Positions 21,430 to 31,256 of a stretch of DNA of 64,000 nt are shown piece by piece. The notes under the pieces are model-generated. The model searched no databases. It saw only the letters and a program-made list of their open reading frames with translations, and had not been told where the DNA came from. Position 1 is the stretch's first letter, and each line of letters begins with the position of its first letter. A program made the position numbers and the translations under genes. The DNA comes from Mycobacteriales bacterium. GTDB lineage: Bacteria > Actinomycetota > Actinomycetes > Mycobacteriales > SCTD01. The stretch lies in assembly GCA_046595815.1 (NCBI GenBank), contig JBKJSN010000088.1, forward strand, positions 10,264-74,263, read 5' to 3'.

Positions 21430-21440
21430 CCGCCTGCCCC

Positions 21441-21836
21441 TTAGCCCGCGACCACGATCTGGCCGTCCATCCCCGGATGGAACGTGCACGTGAAGCGGAA
21501 GGTGCCCGCCGCGGCCAGCGACACCGTCAGGGTCTGCGTCGCTCCGCCGTCGACCGTGTCGGTCTTGCCGAGCTTGCTGTCGGCGAACACGAGGTTGTGG
21601 GGGATGCGACCTGCGTTCTCCAAGGTCAGGATGACCGAGCCCACGCGCGCCTCGACGACGTTCGGCACGAAGGTCCGGGCATCGGTCATGTCGAGGGAGG
21701 CGCTCTGCGCTCCCGCCTCGCCGATCGTCGCCACCCGTCCTGTCTCCTTCAGCGTCGACTCGCCTCCGCCGGAGCCTCCGCACCCGGCGACGAGGAGCAC
21801 GGTGGTCGTCGCCACCGCGGTGAAGGTGCGGTTCAT
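21441..21836 (-). CDS. cupredoxin-like lipoprotein
   Basis: Lipobox LLVAGCGG. Type-1 copper ligand pattern (PHN ... CTFHPGM). ATGA overlap with the upstream NUDIX gene. Confidence 0.75.
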   Translation of the reverse strand: MNRTFTAVATTTVLLVAGCGGSGGGESTLKETGRVATIGEAGAQSASLDMTDARTFVPNVVEARVGSVILTLENAGRIPHNLVFADSKLGKTDTVDGGATQTLTVSLAAAGTFRFTCTFHPGMDGQIVVAG

Positions 21837-22534
21837 CGGTTCTCCTCGTGGTGCTGCGCGGTGGGGTGCGATGGGGTTGCATGCGATGTGCGTTGGGCCA
21901 GCCGAACGGTCTCCGGGTCGAGCTCCCGGGTCCGCGAGTCGTCCCATGGGAGCTCCCAGCCTGCCAGCGTCAGCATCCCGGCGAGCAGCCCGGCGGTGAA
22001 ACCCCACACCATGAGGCCGCGGACCTGGAACGCAGGGCCGGTGAAGCCGCTCGGGTGGACGACCCGGAAGCGGTTCTGCGGGTCGGTGAGCTCGGCGATC
22101 GGGACACGCACGACGGCGGCCACCTCGGCCTCGTCGACCACGTCCACGGGGTGCGGCGCGTGCCACCATGCCACGACTGGATGCACGACGAATCCCGAAG
22201 GCGGCAGCCACAGGGCGGGCAGGATCCCCAGGACCTCAACCGTCGAGGGGTCGAGCCCGACCTCCTCCTGCGCCTCGCGCAAGGCCGCCGCGACCGGCCC
22301 GTCGTCCTCCGGGTCCTGGGCCCCGCCGGGAAAGGCCGGCTGGCCTGCGTGAGAGCGCAGCGTCGCAGCGCGCTCGATGAGCAGCAGGTCGGGCCCGTCC
22401 CCTCCTTCGCCGAAGAGCACGAGCACGGCACTCGCCCGGCCGCCCCCGGCCGGCGGCAGGAACCGGGTGAAGTACTCCCCCTGCACATGGGGGATCGCCT
22501 CAGCAAGCGGCTGCAACCAGGCGGGGACGGTCAC
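21833..22534 (-). CDS. NUDIX hydrolase, CoA pyrophosphatase-like
   Basis: CoA-type motif LLIERAATLRSHAGQPAFPGG and Nudix box GGAQDPEDDGPVAAALREAQEEVGL. GTGA overlap with tlpA. Confidence 0.85.
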   Translation of the reverse strand: MTVPAWLQPLAEAIPHVQGEYFTRFLPPAGGGRASAVLVLFGEGGDGPDLLLIERAATLRSHAGQPAFPGGAQDPEDDGPVAAALREAQEEVGLDPSTVEVLGILPALWLPPSGFVVHPVVAWWHAPHPVDVVDEAEVAAVVRVPIAELTDPQNRFRVVHPSGFTGPAFQVRGLMVWGFTAGLLAGMLTLAGWELPWDDSRTRELDPETVRLAQRTSHATPSHPTAQHHEENR

Positions 22535-23082
22535 ACCTTCACCCCCAGGTGCCGGCGTACGGCGGTGGTCAACTGCTGCAGCGACGTGAACTCGCCGCGA
22601 TGCACGAAGGCGACCTTGCCCTTCCCATCGACGAAGAGGGTGACCGGAGGACCGGTGCTGTAGCGCCGCATGAAGGTTCCGCTGTCGTCCACAACGGCTG
22701 GCCAGTGCTGGCCCACGTCCTTGGCGAAGAGCAGGGCCAGACGTGGCTCGTCCTGCGTGTCGACGCCCAGCAGGGCCACCCTGTCCCCCGCCTTCGCGGC
22801 GAAGGCGGCGAGCACCGGCATCTCACGCTGGCAGGGGCCGCACCACGAGCCGTAGACGTTGACGAGCGTCGGCACGCCGGAGGGAGGCCCATCGAGGACG
22901 ACGTCCGGCCCGCCGCCCAGGCACGGCAGCACCAGGTGCGGCACGTCCCCGATGCCGGTCGGGCAGGGCTTGAGCGCGGCCGCCTGGCGCAGCGGCGCGA
23001 GGTCGACCTTCTTGGCAGCGCTCGGCGTGCTGCCACAGGCGGCGACGAGCAGGAGCAAGGCGCCAGCGGCGAGCCTTCTCAT
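22531..23082 (-). CDS. TlpA-family thiol:disulfide oxidoreductase lipoprotein
   Basis: Lipobox LLVAACGS, thioredoxin motif WCGPC. Start at ATG 23082 overlaps the nth stop (ATGA). Confidence 0.85.
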   Translation of the reverse strand: MRRLAAGALLLLVAACGSTPSAAKKVDLAPLRQAAALKPCPTGIGDVPHLVLPCLGGGPDVVLDGPPSGVPTLVNVYGSWCGPCQREMPVLAAFAAKAGDRVALLGVDTQDEPRLALLFAKDVGQHWPAVVDDSGTFMRRYSTGPPVTLFVDGKGKVAFVHRGEFTSLQQLTTAVRRHLGVKV

Positions 23083-23807
23083 GCCTGCTCCGCCGGGCTG
23101 AAGAACTCCTCCGGGCGCACGAGGGCTTGCGCGCGGCTCGGATCGGTCTCGCCCTCGCCGTACGACGGGCACAGGCTTGCGAGAGCGCAGGCCCCGCACG
23201 CCGGCTTGCGGGAGTGGCAGACCCGGCGACCGTGGAAGATCACGCGGTGGCTGAACAGCGTCCACTCGGACTTGGGCAGCAACTGCGCGACCGCTGCCTC
23301 GACCTTGACCGGGTCGCTCTCTGCCGTCCAGCCGAAGCGGCGGACCAGCCGCCCGAAGTGCGTGTCGACCGTCAGGCCAGGCACGCCGAAGGCGTTGCCG
23401 AGGACGACATTGGCCGTCTTGCGCCCGATGCCGGGCAGCGTCACGAGGTCCTCTATCCGCGCGGGAAGCTGCCCGCCGTACCGCTCCTCGAGGGCCGCAC
23501 CGAGGCCGATCAGCGAAGCGGCCTTGTTGCGGAAGAAGCCGGTGCTGCGAATCTGCTCCTCCAGCACGGCGCGGTCGGCGGCGGCGTAGTCCCGCGCGGT
23601 GGGGTAGGCGCGGAACAGCGCGGGTGTGACCTCGTTCACCCGCTTGTCGGTGCACTGCGCCGACAAGATCGTGGCTACCGCCAACTCAAGGGGAGTCGTG
23701 AAGTTCAGTTCGCAGTGCGCGTGGGGGTAGAGAACGGCGAGCTCTCGGTTGGTACGCCGCGCCTTGCGCGTGAGGGCCAGCGCTGACTGCTCCGCACCGC
23801 TGCCCAT
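23079..23807 (-). CDS. nth: endonuclease III
   Basis: HhH-GPD motif ([14 protein letters not shown]) and C-terminal 4Fe-4S cluster CX6CX2CX5C ([17 protein letters not shown]). Confidence 0.95.
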   Translation of the reverse strand: MGSGAEQSALALTRKARRTNRELAVLYPHAHCELNFTTPLELAVATILSAQCTDKRVNEVTPALFRAYPTARDYAAADRAVLEEQIRSTGFFRNKAASLIGLGAALEERYGGQLPARIEDLVTLPGIGRKTANVVLGNAFGVPGLTVDTHFGRLVRRFGWTAESDPVKVEAAVAQLLPKSEWTLFSHRVIFHGRRVCHSRKPACGACALASLCPSYGEGETDPSRAQALVRPEEFFSPAEQA

Positions 23808-23917
23808 GCATCAACCCTATGCGCGGCTCCCCCAAGCGGGTGAATCCTCCTCAAGGACTTGGCGGAACGTGACGACGCAACAGGTGTCCGCCGAAGAACC
23901 CCAGGAGTTGAGCCCCG

Positions 23918-24484
23918 ATGGATGCGATGAGCAGCACGCCGGTCCCGGCCGGACGCTCCGCGGCGGCCCCAGCGCCGCGCAAAACCACGGTGCGCCCCAC
24001 TCCTGTGCGTACGGAGGAGCATGCCCACCTGACGCTGGACGAGCTCCGGGAGTACCGCAAGGTGCTGTCCGCAGAGGAGTCCCGTGTCTCCTACTGGCGT
24101 CGCATCCTGCAGGCCCGACTGGACGTCGTGCTGGCCGGCGCGGAGGCGGACAGTGAGACGCTGCGACCGGTGCTCACCGACCAGCGCGTAGGAGCAGGCC
24201 GCCGGGCCCTCGTCGAGATCACGCCCGTCGACGACATCCCGCCGCTGCCCGACCTTGCCTCGCTCTGGGACCGCGTTGTCGACGTGACCGACGAGGCCGC
24301 GCTCGCAGCGCTCGCCGAGGACCTCACCGAGGCCGAGAAGCAGCTCTCGGAGTACCGCTCCGTACTGCACCGTCGCCTGGGTGCGGCCACCAGCGAGCTC
24401 ATCGCGCGCTACCGCGACGAACCGACCCTGTGCCTGTCGGCGCTTCCGCTGCGCCAGCCGTCGCGTCGCAGCGTTCCCGCCTGA
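23918..24484 (+). CDS. RsiG-like protein (c-di-GMP-binding anti-sigma family)
   Basis: Exact E-x3-S-x2-R-x3-Q-x3-D at aa 54-69 (EESRVSYWRRILQARLD). Second helix carries E-x3-S-x2-R-x3-H-x3-G at aa 140-155. Confidence 0.6.
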   Translation: MDAMSSTPVPAGRSAAAPAPRKTTVRPTPVRTEEHAHLTLDELREYRKVLSAEESRVSYWRRILQARLDVVLAGAEADSETLRPVLTDQRVGAGRRALVEITPVDDIPPLPDLASLWDRVVDVTDEAALAALAEDLTEAEKQLSEYRSVLHRRLGAATSELIARYRDEPTLCLSALPLRQPSRRSVPA

Positions 24485-24496
24485 CACACTGGATCT

Positions 24497-24616
24497 GTGC
24501 CCGTTCTCTGGCTTGCCCTGCTGACCCCTTTCGTGCTGCTGCTCGCGATGCTGGCGATGGAACGGGTGGAGAGCGGCCTCGGCGAACACGAGCCGGACCC
24601 GCACCGCCAAGCTTGA
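24497..24616 (+). CDS. candidate 39-aa small membrane protein
   Basis: Below the ORF-track cutoff. GTG-initiated frame VPVLWLALLTPFVLLLAMLAMERVESGLGEHEPDPHRQA has one TM helix plus an acidic tail, and mostly G/C at third positions. Confidence 0.35.
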   Translation: MPVLWLALLTPFVLLLAMLAMERVESGLGEHEPDPHRQA

Positions 24617-24667
24617 TCTGACACACTTCCTGCCGACGGGGGATCACCGGCATGGGGAGGACGCAGC

Positions 24668-25342
24668 GTGGACGAGGTCCTGGCGAAGGCAGGGCTGTTC
24701 CAGGGCATCGCGACCGAGGCCGCAGAGGCCGTCGCGGCGTCGCTGGAGTTCGGTGACTACGCCCGAGGCGAGACGGTCTTCGTCGAGGGCGAGCAGGGCG
24801 ACACGCTCTACATCGTCCTCGAGGGAAAGGTGAAGATCGGTCGCCGTGCCGCGGACGGTCGAGAGAACATGCTCTCGGTCATGGGCCCGTCCGACATGTT
24901 CGGCGAGCTGTCGCTGTTCGACCCCGGCCCGCGCACGGCCACGGCCACCGTCGTCACGGACGCGCGGCTGGCCTCGCTGGCACACGCCTCGCTGCGGCCC
25001 TGGCTCACCAACCGTCCGGAGATCGCCGAGCAGTTGCTGCGTGTGCTCGCCCGGCGTCTCCGTCGTACCAACGACTCCCTTGCGGACCTCATCTTCACCG
25101 ACGTGCCCGGCCGCGTTGCCAAGCAGCTCCTGGCGCTGTCGGAGCGTTTCGGCTCTGCCGAGCCCGAGGGCACCCGCGTGCACCACGACCTCACGCAGGA
25201 GGAACTCGCGCAGCTCGTTGGCGCCTCGCGCGAGACGGTGAACAAGGCTCTCGCCGACTTCGCCTCCCGCGGCTGGGTGCGCGTGGACTCGCGGGCCCTA
25301 ACGATCCTCGACGCCGAGCGGCTCGCCCGCCGGGCTAGGTGA
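24668..25342 (+). CDS. crp: Crp/Fnr-family cAMP receptor protein
   Basis: cNMP-binding domain ([27 protein letters not shown]) and C-terminal HTH ([20 protein letters not shown]). GTG start. Confidence 0.95.
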   Translation: MDEVLAKAGLFQGIATEAAEAVAASLEFGDYARGETVFVEGEQGDTLYIVLEGKVKIGRRAADGRENMLSVMGPSDMFGELSLFDPGPRTATATVVTDARLASLAHASLRPWLTNRPEIAEQLLRVLARRLRRTNDSLADLIFTDVPGRVAKQLLALSERFGSAEPEGTRVHHDLTQEELAQLVGASRETVNKALADFASRGWVRVDSRALTILDAERLARRAR

Positions 25343-25739
25343 GTCCCGCAAGCTCCCGCAAGCCCTGGTACGACGGGTCCTGCGTCTCCAGGACGCTGAG
25401 CCCGATCGCCTTCAGCGGCTGGGCCCAGTGGGTCATGCGCGCGTAGAAGGTCCACTCGCGCACGCCCTCCAACGTCATGACCGCGACAAGCCGCGCCTCG
25501 CCCGCTCCGGCATCGACGAGCTGCTGCTCCATCTCCCTGAGCCGCGGGATCTCAGGTGCGGCGGGCAGCCCGTCCTCCTCGGCGAGGTAGGGCACTCCCA
25601 CGGCGACCTGGAAAGGGTGGTCGGGATAGGGGCAGGTGGTCGCCACGGCCTGATCGACGAGCACGACGACGGCGAGGCCGTCCTCCGTCAACGTGCGCAG
25701 CGTCACCCACTGGGCGAGAACGGCGGTGAGGTCGGTCAT
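25335..25739 (-). CDS. DUF695-like hypothetical protein
   Basis: 134 aa. The pattern ([18 protein letters not shown] ... REMEQQL ... REWTFYA) resembles DUF695/RraB-like proteins from memory. Confidence 0.5.
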   Translation of the reverse strand: MTDLTAVLAQWVTLRTLTEDGLAVVVLVDQAVATTCPYPDHPFQVAVGVPYLAEEDGLPAAPEIPRLREMEQQLVDAGAGEARLVAVMTLEGVREWTFYARMTHWAQPLKAIGLSVLETQDPSYQGLRELAGLT

Positions 25740-25743
25740 GGCC

Positions 25744-28700
25744 TCATCCTTGCGCAGCGATCAGAGCCTGGGTGGCGGCAACCTCGGAGGTCTGGGCGGT
25801 GCTGCTGGCTACCTCAAGGGCCCGCTGGAGCGTGGCCCGTCCTCCCGCCGGATCCCCCGTGGCATGCAGCGCGGAACCAAGCACCCGCAGGGCGATGACC
25901 TCCGAACGGACGTCCTCGGCGGGGCAGTCGACTGCCTCACGTGCTACGTGGAGGGCCTCAGCGGGACGGCCGAGCTCCAGGAGGGTGCCAGCCCGATGCG
26001 CCAGCGCCTGCCGCCGGGGAAACAGCAATCCCGGTTCCTCGGCGGTGGTCGCGAGGGCCGCATCGAGCTCGGCGAGGGCCTGCTCCAGCTCACCGCGCTT
26101 GCGGAGGACCTGCGCGTGCAGGACGCGTGCGCCCAGGGCGGCGTGCGGCTTGAGGTCCAGCCCGCCGAGCGAGACGCTGACCGCCAGGAAGCAGGAGTCT
26201 GCGTCGTCCAGGCGCCCCTGGTCGAGGAACGCATAGCCCAGCGCCACGTGCGCGAGGGCCGCGGTGACGGGGTGGTGGCCCCGCTCCGACAGGTCGACGG
26301 CCTCGGACAAGAAGGCGATCGCGCGGTCGGGGAGGTCGGCACCACGGGCCGCCGCGCCTGCCGCGACCAGGGCCAGCGCCTGACCCCAGGCATCTCCGGC
26401 CTCGGCGAAGCGCGCTCGTGCTCGCTCGGCCTCGGCCGCCGCGACGATCACGTCCCCCTGCTCCGCTGCGGCCATCGCGTCGATGGTCAAGGTCGCGGCG
26501 ACTCCCCAGCGGTCGCCGTTCTGCTCGCCCAGCGGCAGAACGGAGGCAGCCAGGTCGCGGGCCTCCGCAAAGCGCCCCTGCAGCAGCCGCACGAACCCCT
26601 CGGTGCCCGCGACCCACGACAACCCGGCGGTGTCCTCCAAAGCTTCGAAGTGCTCTTCAGCCTGGTTCAGAGCGGTCATCGCCAGGCCGTAGTCGCCTCG
26701 GGTCGTGGCGCTCCAGGCCAGGTGCTGCAGCGCCCAGCCGACGCCGCGACGGTCGCCGACCTGCTCGGCGAGCACCCGAGCCTGCTCTACGTGCCGCTCG
26801 GCGTCCCGGAAGCGCCCCTCGAAGTAGTCCAGCAAGCCCAGCGCCCGCAGCGCCTCCGCCGCACGTCGCTCGTCGCCCTGGTCCGAGGCGGAGGCGAGCG
26901 CACCCACGAAGGCGGCGCGGGCGCCGCGCAGGTCTCCGCGACGCCGGCGCACCGAGCCCAGGACTAGTGCTGCCTGCACCGCGTGACCGGGCTCGTCCAG
27001 GGCGCCCCGGAGTTCGTCCTCCGCCTCGTCCAACCGGCTCTGCACCGCGAGCGCCTCAGCCCGAGCGAGCCGAACGGGGATGAGCACCGAACTGGCGAAA
27101 GGCTCACCCAACTTCGGGTCGGCGAGGCCCAAGGCCCTGCTCATCAGGTGCTCTGCGGCAAGAGCGTCGTCCCGGCCGAGCGCCGCGTGCCCGAGCCGCA
27201 CCAACGCGTCGAAGGCGATCCGACGGGCGGCCCAGGCGGGGTCGCCCGGGGGCAGGCTCATCTCGGCCGCCAGGTGCACGGCTCGCTCCCCTTGCGTGGC
27301 GGTGATGAGGTCCGCCTCGGCCCCGAGCGCCTTGTTGTCGGCGGACCACGCTGCGGCTGCCCCGTGCCGACGGGCGCGATCAGCCTTGGCCAGGCCGGCG
27401 TACGCGACGTCGCGGACCAGGGTGTGGGCGAAGCGATACCCCTCCCGCTCGGGCTCGAGCAGACGGCGGTCGACGAGAGCGCCCACGGCAGCAAGGACGA
27501 CGTCGGGCTCGCCATGACCGCTCGCCCGGCCGACGGCCTCGAGCTCGGGCAGGGTCACGTGCAGGCCGATCACGCTGGCGTCACGAAGGACACCCTTCGC
27601 CGCACCGTCGAGGTCGTCGATCCGCGCAGCGAGTACGGCCTGCACCCCGGCAGGCAGGAGGTCCTCGGGCACCTCGCCCTGCAGGATCCATCGGTTTCCC
27701 GTGCGCACCAAGGCGCCACGGTCGATGAGCAGGTGCAGCAGCTCGGCGAGGAAGAACGGGTTCCCCTGCGCCCGGTCGAGCAGCGCCGAGCGGACCGCGT
27801 CATCAAGCTCGCTGGCCCCCAAGTAGGCGCGCAGTAGTCGCTCGGCCGCACCCGGCTCTAGCGGCAGCAAGGGGACGAGCTCGGTGCTGCCCTGCAACCA
27901 CCACTGCGGCCGGCCCGGCACGTCGAGCATGTCCATACGCCCGAGCGCCAGGAGCAGGACTGGGCCGCGCGTCGCGGAGGCGACCTCGAGAAGCCCATCG
28001 ATCAGGGTCGGGGTGGCCCAGTGCAGGTCGTCGATCACGAGCAGCAGCGGGCCCTCCGCAGCGAGGCCGGTGAACAGCTCTGCCACGGCTTCGCGGACCG
28101 CGCTGCCGCCGGTCGGCGGGCCTGGCGCAGCCGTCTCAAGCGGACCGTCCACGGCGAGATCCTCGAGCCCGAGCAGCAAGCGCAGTCGCTCGGTCGTCTG
28201 TGCCGTGACCGAGCTCCCGGAGGAGGCCTGGGACAACCGGGCAACGGTGCGTGCGACACGCTCCCGGGCCACGTCCACGCTGTCGCCTTGCTCGATGCCG
28301 CAGGCGGTGCGGACCATCTCGGAGACTGCCGCGAGGTCTCGGCCCTCGCCGTACGGCGCGCAACGGCCCCAGAGGACTCGTACGCCGGTCACCTCGCCGG
28401 CGCGGCGGGCAACCTCCTGCGCCAGCCGCGTCTTGCCTACGCCAGCCTCACCGGTGACGAGCACGGCGTGCGGCTCGCATGAGTCAATGGTCTCGTGGAA
28501 GCGCCCGACCAGCAGCCCCAGCTCGGCGTCCCTTCCGAGGAAAGGCGCGTCGTCGCCGAGGCCAAGCCGAGTGGCCCCCGCAGGGCGTAGGCCGAGCAAC
28601 TCGAAAGCCTCGACGGGTTCGCGTTTTCCCTTGAGCCGCAAGGGCTTCAGGGCTCGCCAACTCGCCGTCGCCATGGTGATGAGCGCCGTGTCACGCCCCG

Positions 28701-29235
28701 CAACGACCGCACCCACACCTGCCGAGTCAGCGAGGCGCGAGGCGGTGTTCACGGTGTCACCGACGACGGTGTACGACAGGTGCGCCTGCACACCGGCGAT
28801 GACCTCGCCGGTGTTGAGGCCGACCCGCAAGCCGAGTTGACGGCCACCGCCGCTCTCCTGAGCAACTAGGCGGCGCACCGAGGCCTGCATCTTGTAGGCG
28901 GCTCGGACCGCACGCTCCGCGTCGTCCTCGTGAGCAGTCGGCGCTCCGAAGACCGCCATGATGCCGTCCCCCACGAGCTTGTCGACGTGGCCTCCGTGCT
29001 CGGTGACGATCGCGGCGAGGGTCGCGAGCACCCGGTCCGTGACGACACCCACCCGCTCCGGGTCGAGGTCCTCAGCCCAGCTCGTGAAGTCGGACAGGTC
29101 ACCGAACAGGACCGTCACGACGCGACGCTCGGTCTCGATCTCGGTCGGCGCCACGTCGCTCACCAGCGCGGCACCGCAGGAGAAGCAGAACCGGGCGCCG
29201 GGCACGATCGGCGTGCCGCACACCGGGCACGTCAT
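25744..29235 (-). CDS. class III adenylate/guanylate cyclase fused to STAND AAA ATPase and TPR repeats
   Basis: N-terminal zinc ribbon CPVCG...CFSCG. Cyclase motifs VTVLFGDLSDFT, GDGIMAVFGAP, YTVVGDTVNTASRL. P-loop GEAGVGKT. Long TPR-like C-terminus. Start set to ATG 29235 (MTCPVCG). Confidence 0.9.
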   Translation of the reverse strand: MTCPVCGTPIVPGARFCFSCGAALVSDVAPTEIETERRVVTVLFGDLSDFTSWAEDLDPERVGVVTDRVLATLAAIVTEHGGHVDKLVGDGIMAVFGAPTAHEDDAERAVRAAYKMQASVRRLVAQESGGGRQLGLRVGLNTGEVIAGVQAHLSYTVVGDTVNTASRLADSAGVGAVVAGRDTALITMATASWRALKPLRLKGKREPVEAFELLGLRPAGATRLGLGDDAPFLGRDAELGLLVGRFHETIDSCEPHAVLVTGEAGVGKTRLAQEVARRAGEVTGVRVLWGRCAPYGEGRDLAAVSEMVRTACGIEQGDSVDVARERVARTVARLSQASSGSSVTAQTTERLRLLLGLEDLAVDGPLETAAPGPPTGGSAVREAVAELFTGLAAEGPLLLVIDDLHWATPTLIDGLLEVASATRGPVLLLALGRMDMLDVPGRPQWWLQGSTELVPLLPLEPGAAERLLRAYLGASELDDAVRSALLDRAQGNPFFLAELLHLLIDRGALVRTGNRWILQGEVPEDLLPAGVQAVLAARIDDLDGAAKGVLRDASVIGLHVTLPELEAVGRASGHGEPDVVLAAVGALVDRRLLEPEREGYRFAHTLVRDVAYAGLAKADRARRHGAAAAWSADNKALGAEADLITATQGERAVHLAAEMSLPPGDPAWAARRIAFDALVRLGHAALGRDDALAAEHLMSRALGLADPKLGEPFASSVLIPVRLARAEALAVQSRLDEAEDELRGALDEPGHAVQAALVLGSVRRRRGDLRGARAAFVGALASASDQGDERRAAEALRALGLLDYFEGRFRDAERHVEQARVLAEQVGDRRGVGWALQHLAWSATTRGDYGLAMTALNQAEEHFEALEDTAGLSWVAGTEGFVRLLQGRFAEARDLAASVLPLGEQNGDRWGVAATLTIDAMAAAEQGDVIVAAAEAERARARFAEAGDAWGQALALVAAGAAARGADLPDRAIAFLSEAVDLSERGHHPVTAALAHVALGYAFLDQGRLDDADSCFLAVSVSLGGLDLKPHAALGARVLHAQVLRKRGELEQALAELDAALATTAEEPGLLFPRRQALAHRAGTLLELGRPAEALHVAREAVDCPAEDVRSEVIALRVLGSALHATGDPAGGRATLQRALEVASSTAQTSEVAATQALIAAQG

Positions 29236-29266
29236 GCGCGGTTCCCGCACAAGCGTGGGGTGGAAA

Positions 29267-30010
29267 TCATGTCGCTGCCAGGTAGTCGAGCTGGGCGCGC
29301 ACCGACATCTCGGCGGCCGGCCACAGCACGCGGTCGACATCGACGTAGACCACCTCCACTACCTGACGCGGGGTGGTGGCACCGGCGTCCAGTGCCGCGC
29401 GTACCTGCTCCAGGCGCTGCTGGCGGTGATCGAGGTAGTGCTGAGCCGCGAGGCCCGCGTGAGGCAGTTCCGGTCCGTGGCCGGGCAGGACCGCGACCTC
29501 CCCGAGGTCGCGGAGCCGATGCAGGGACTCGAGGTAGTCGGCCAGGACGCCGTCAGGATGGGCGACGACGGTCGTGCCGCGGCCCAGGATCGTGTCGCCG
29601 GTGAGCACCGCATCGGGCAGGACGAAAGACAGGCTGTCGCTCGAGTGCCCGGGGGTGTGGGCGACCCGAAGCTCCAACCCTGCGGCCGCGATGACGTCAC
29701 CGTCGGTCAGGCCCTCGTCGCCGAGCCGGTGCCGACGGTCCAGCGCCCGCACGGGCGCACCGGTGAGAGCGGCGAGCCGGGCCGCTCCCTCACTGTGGTC
29801 AGCGTGGCCGTGCGTCAGCAGGATCACAGCAACCGGGCCGTGGGCCGCGACCGCTCGCAGGTGCGCCTCTTCGAGCGGTCCCGGGTCGATGACGACCGCG
29901 CTCTCAGAGTGAGGGTCACGCAGGACCCAGGTGTTGGTCCCCTCGAGCGTCATCGGGCCGGGGTTGGGCGCGAGCACCACCCCTGCAGTCGGCGTCACCT
30001 GCCGCAGCAT
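29267..30010 (-). CDS. MBL-fold metallo-hydrolase
   Basis: HxHxDH motif (LLTHGHADHSEG). Start at ATG 30010 (MLRQVTPTAG) overlaps the upstream stop by 1 nt. Confidence 0.85.
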   Translation of the reverse strand: MLRQVTPTAGVVLAPNPGPMTLEGTNTWVLRDPHSESAVVIDPGPLEEAHLRAVAAHGPVAVILLTHGHADHSEGAARLAALTGAPVRALDRRHRLGDEGLTDGDVIAAAGLELRVAHTPGHSSDSLSFVLPDAVLTGDTILGRGTTVVAHPDGVLADYLESLHRLRDLGEVAVLPGHGPELPHAGLAAQHYLDHRQQRLEQVRAALDAGATTPRQVVEVVYVDVDRVLWPAAEMSVRAQLDYLAAT

Positions 30011-30801
30011 CACGGGATCGTGAACTCCACGCTGCCGTCCGGGTGGACAACCAACTGGGGCGCGACGGGCGAGATGCTCCGCTCGGCTGCGAGAGCGCTT
30101 GCCACGTCTGGGAAGTCGGCGAGGGCCTGGAGGTTGGTCCACGTGGGGGGGAGCATGTTCAGGCTCTGCTCCAAGGCATCCGCAGGGCGGATCCATAGGC
30201 GCTGGTCGGCCTCGCCCCCCACGTGACGGCACACCTGGCCAGCGGGCATCTCGGCGAGGAAGAAGCGGGTGTCGAAGCGCTTGGGCTCGATCTCGGGGGT
30301 GATCCAGTGCGCCAGAGGGCGCAGCAGGTCGGCGCGGAGCACCAGCCCACGACGGGTCAGCAACTGCGACAGCGACTGTTCCCGGGACTCCAAGGCGACG
30401 CGCTCGGCCTCCCACTCGTCACTGCTGACGTCGGCGAGCAGCTCGGGATCGCCCGCAAGCAGGACCCCGCACTCCTCGAAGGTCTCCCGCACCGCTGCGC
30501 ACACCAGCGCCCGCGCCGTACGTTCGTCGGCGCTGAACCACTCGCCCCACTGCTTCGCGCTGGGGCCCTCCCACGCGATGTCAGCGTCCGCGTCGGTCTC
30601 ATCGACCGACCCTCCGGGGAACACGTGCATCCCGCCCGCGAAGGCCATGCCCTTCACCCGCCGCAGCAGGTAGACCTCCGGGCCGGGGTCGCGCAGGAGC
30701 ACGACCGTGCTGGCGTCACGGGGCGCGCTCGGTGTCTTGTCTCCGCGCGCGAAGGCGCGGGCCAGCTCCTCGAGCTCGTGCAACCCCGCGGGTCCGCTCA
30801 T
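30010..30801 (-). CDS. NUDIX-family hydrolase (atypical box spacing)
   Basis: FPGGSVD ... AVRETFEECGVLL. ATGA overlap with ridA. Confidence 0.7.
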   Translation of the reverse strand: MSGPAGLHELEELARAFARGDKTPSAPRDASTVVLLRDPGPEVYLLRRVKGMAFAGGMHVFPGGSVDETDADADIAWEGPSAKQWGEWFSADERTARALVCAAVRETFEECGVLLAGDPELLADVSSDEWEAERVALESREQSLSQLLTRRGLVLRADLLRPLAHWITPEIEPKRFDTRFFLAEMPAGQVCRHVGGEADQRLWIRPADALEQSLNMLPPTWTNLQALADFPDVASALAAERSISPVAPQLVVHPDGSVEFTIP

Positions 30802-31256
30802 GAGCCCGGCGCGACCTCGACGACGAGCTCGACCTCGACGGGCGCGTCGAGCGGCAGGATCGCGACACCGACAGCCGACCGTGCGTGGGGGGTGCCGAAC
30901 ACGTCGCCCAGCAGCTCGGACGCACCGTTGATGACCCCTGGCTGTCCGGTGAAGCCCGGCGCGCTGGCCACGAAGCCCACGACCTTGACCACGCGGACCA
31001 CGTTGTCGATCCCGACGAGGGCGTCGATCGCTGCGAGGGCGTTCAGGGCGCAGGTGCGGGCCAGCTCCTTCGCGGTGTCGGCGTCGACCGCCGTACCCAC
31101 CAGACCGTGGGCGAGCATTTCGCCGGCGACCGTGGGGAGCTGCCCCGAGGTGAAGACGAGGTCACCGGTGCGTACGGCGGGTACGTAGGCAGCGACCGGC
31201 GTAGCGACCTTCGGCAGTTCGATGCCGAGCTCGCTCAGGCGAGCGGTCACGCTCAC
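30798..31256 (-). CDS. ridA: RidA/YjgF-family protein
   Basis: GTG start 31256 (VSVTARLSELGIELP) overlaps the upstream stop (GTGA). Typical YjgF-fold C-terminus (ARSAVGVAILPLDAPVEVE). Confidence 0.85.
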   Translation of the reverse strand: MSVTARLSELGIELPKVATPVAAYVPAVRTGDLVFTSGQLPTVAGEMLAHGLVGTAVDADTAKELARTCALNALAAIDALVGIDNVVRVVKVVGFVASAPGFTGQPGVINGASELLGDVFGTPHARSAVGVAILPLDAPVEVELVVEVAPGS

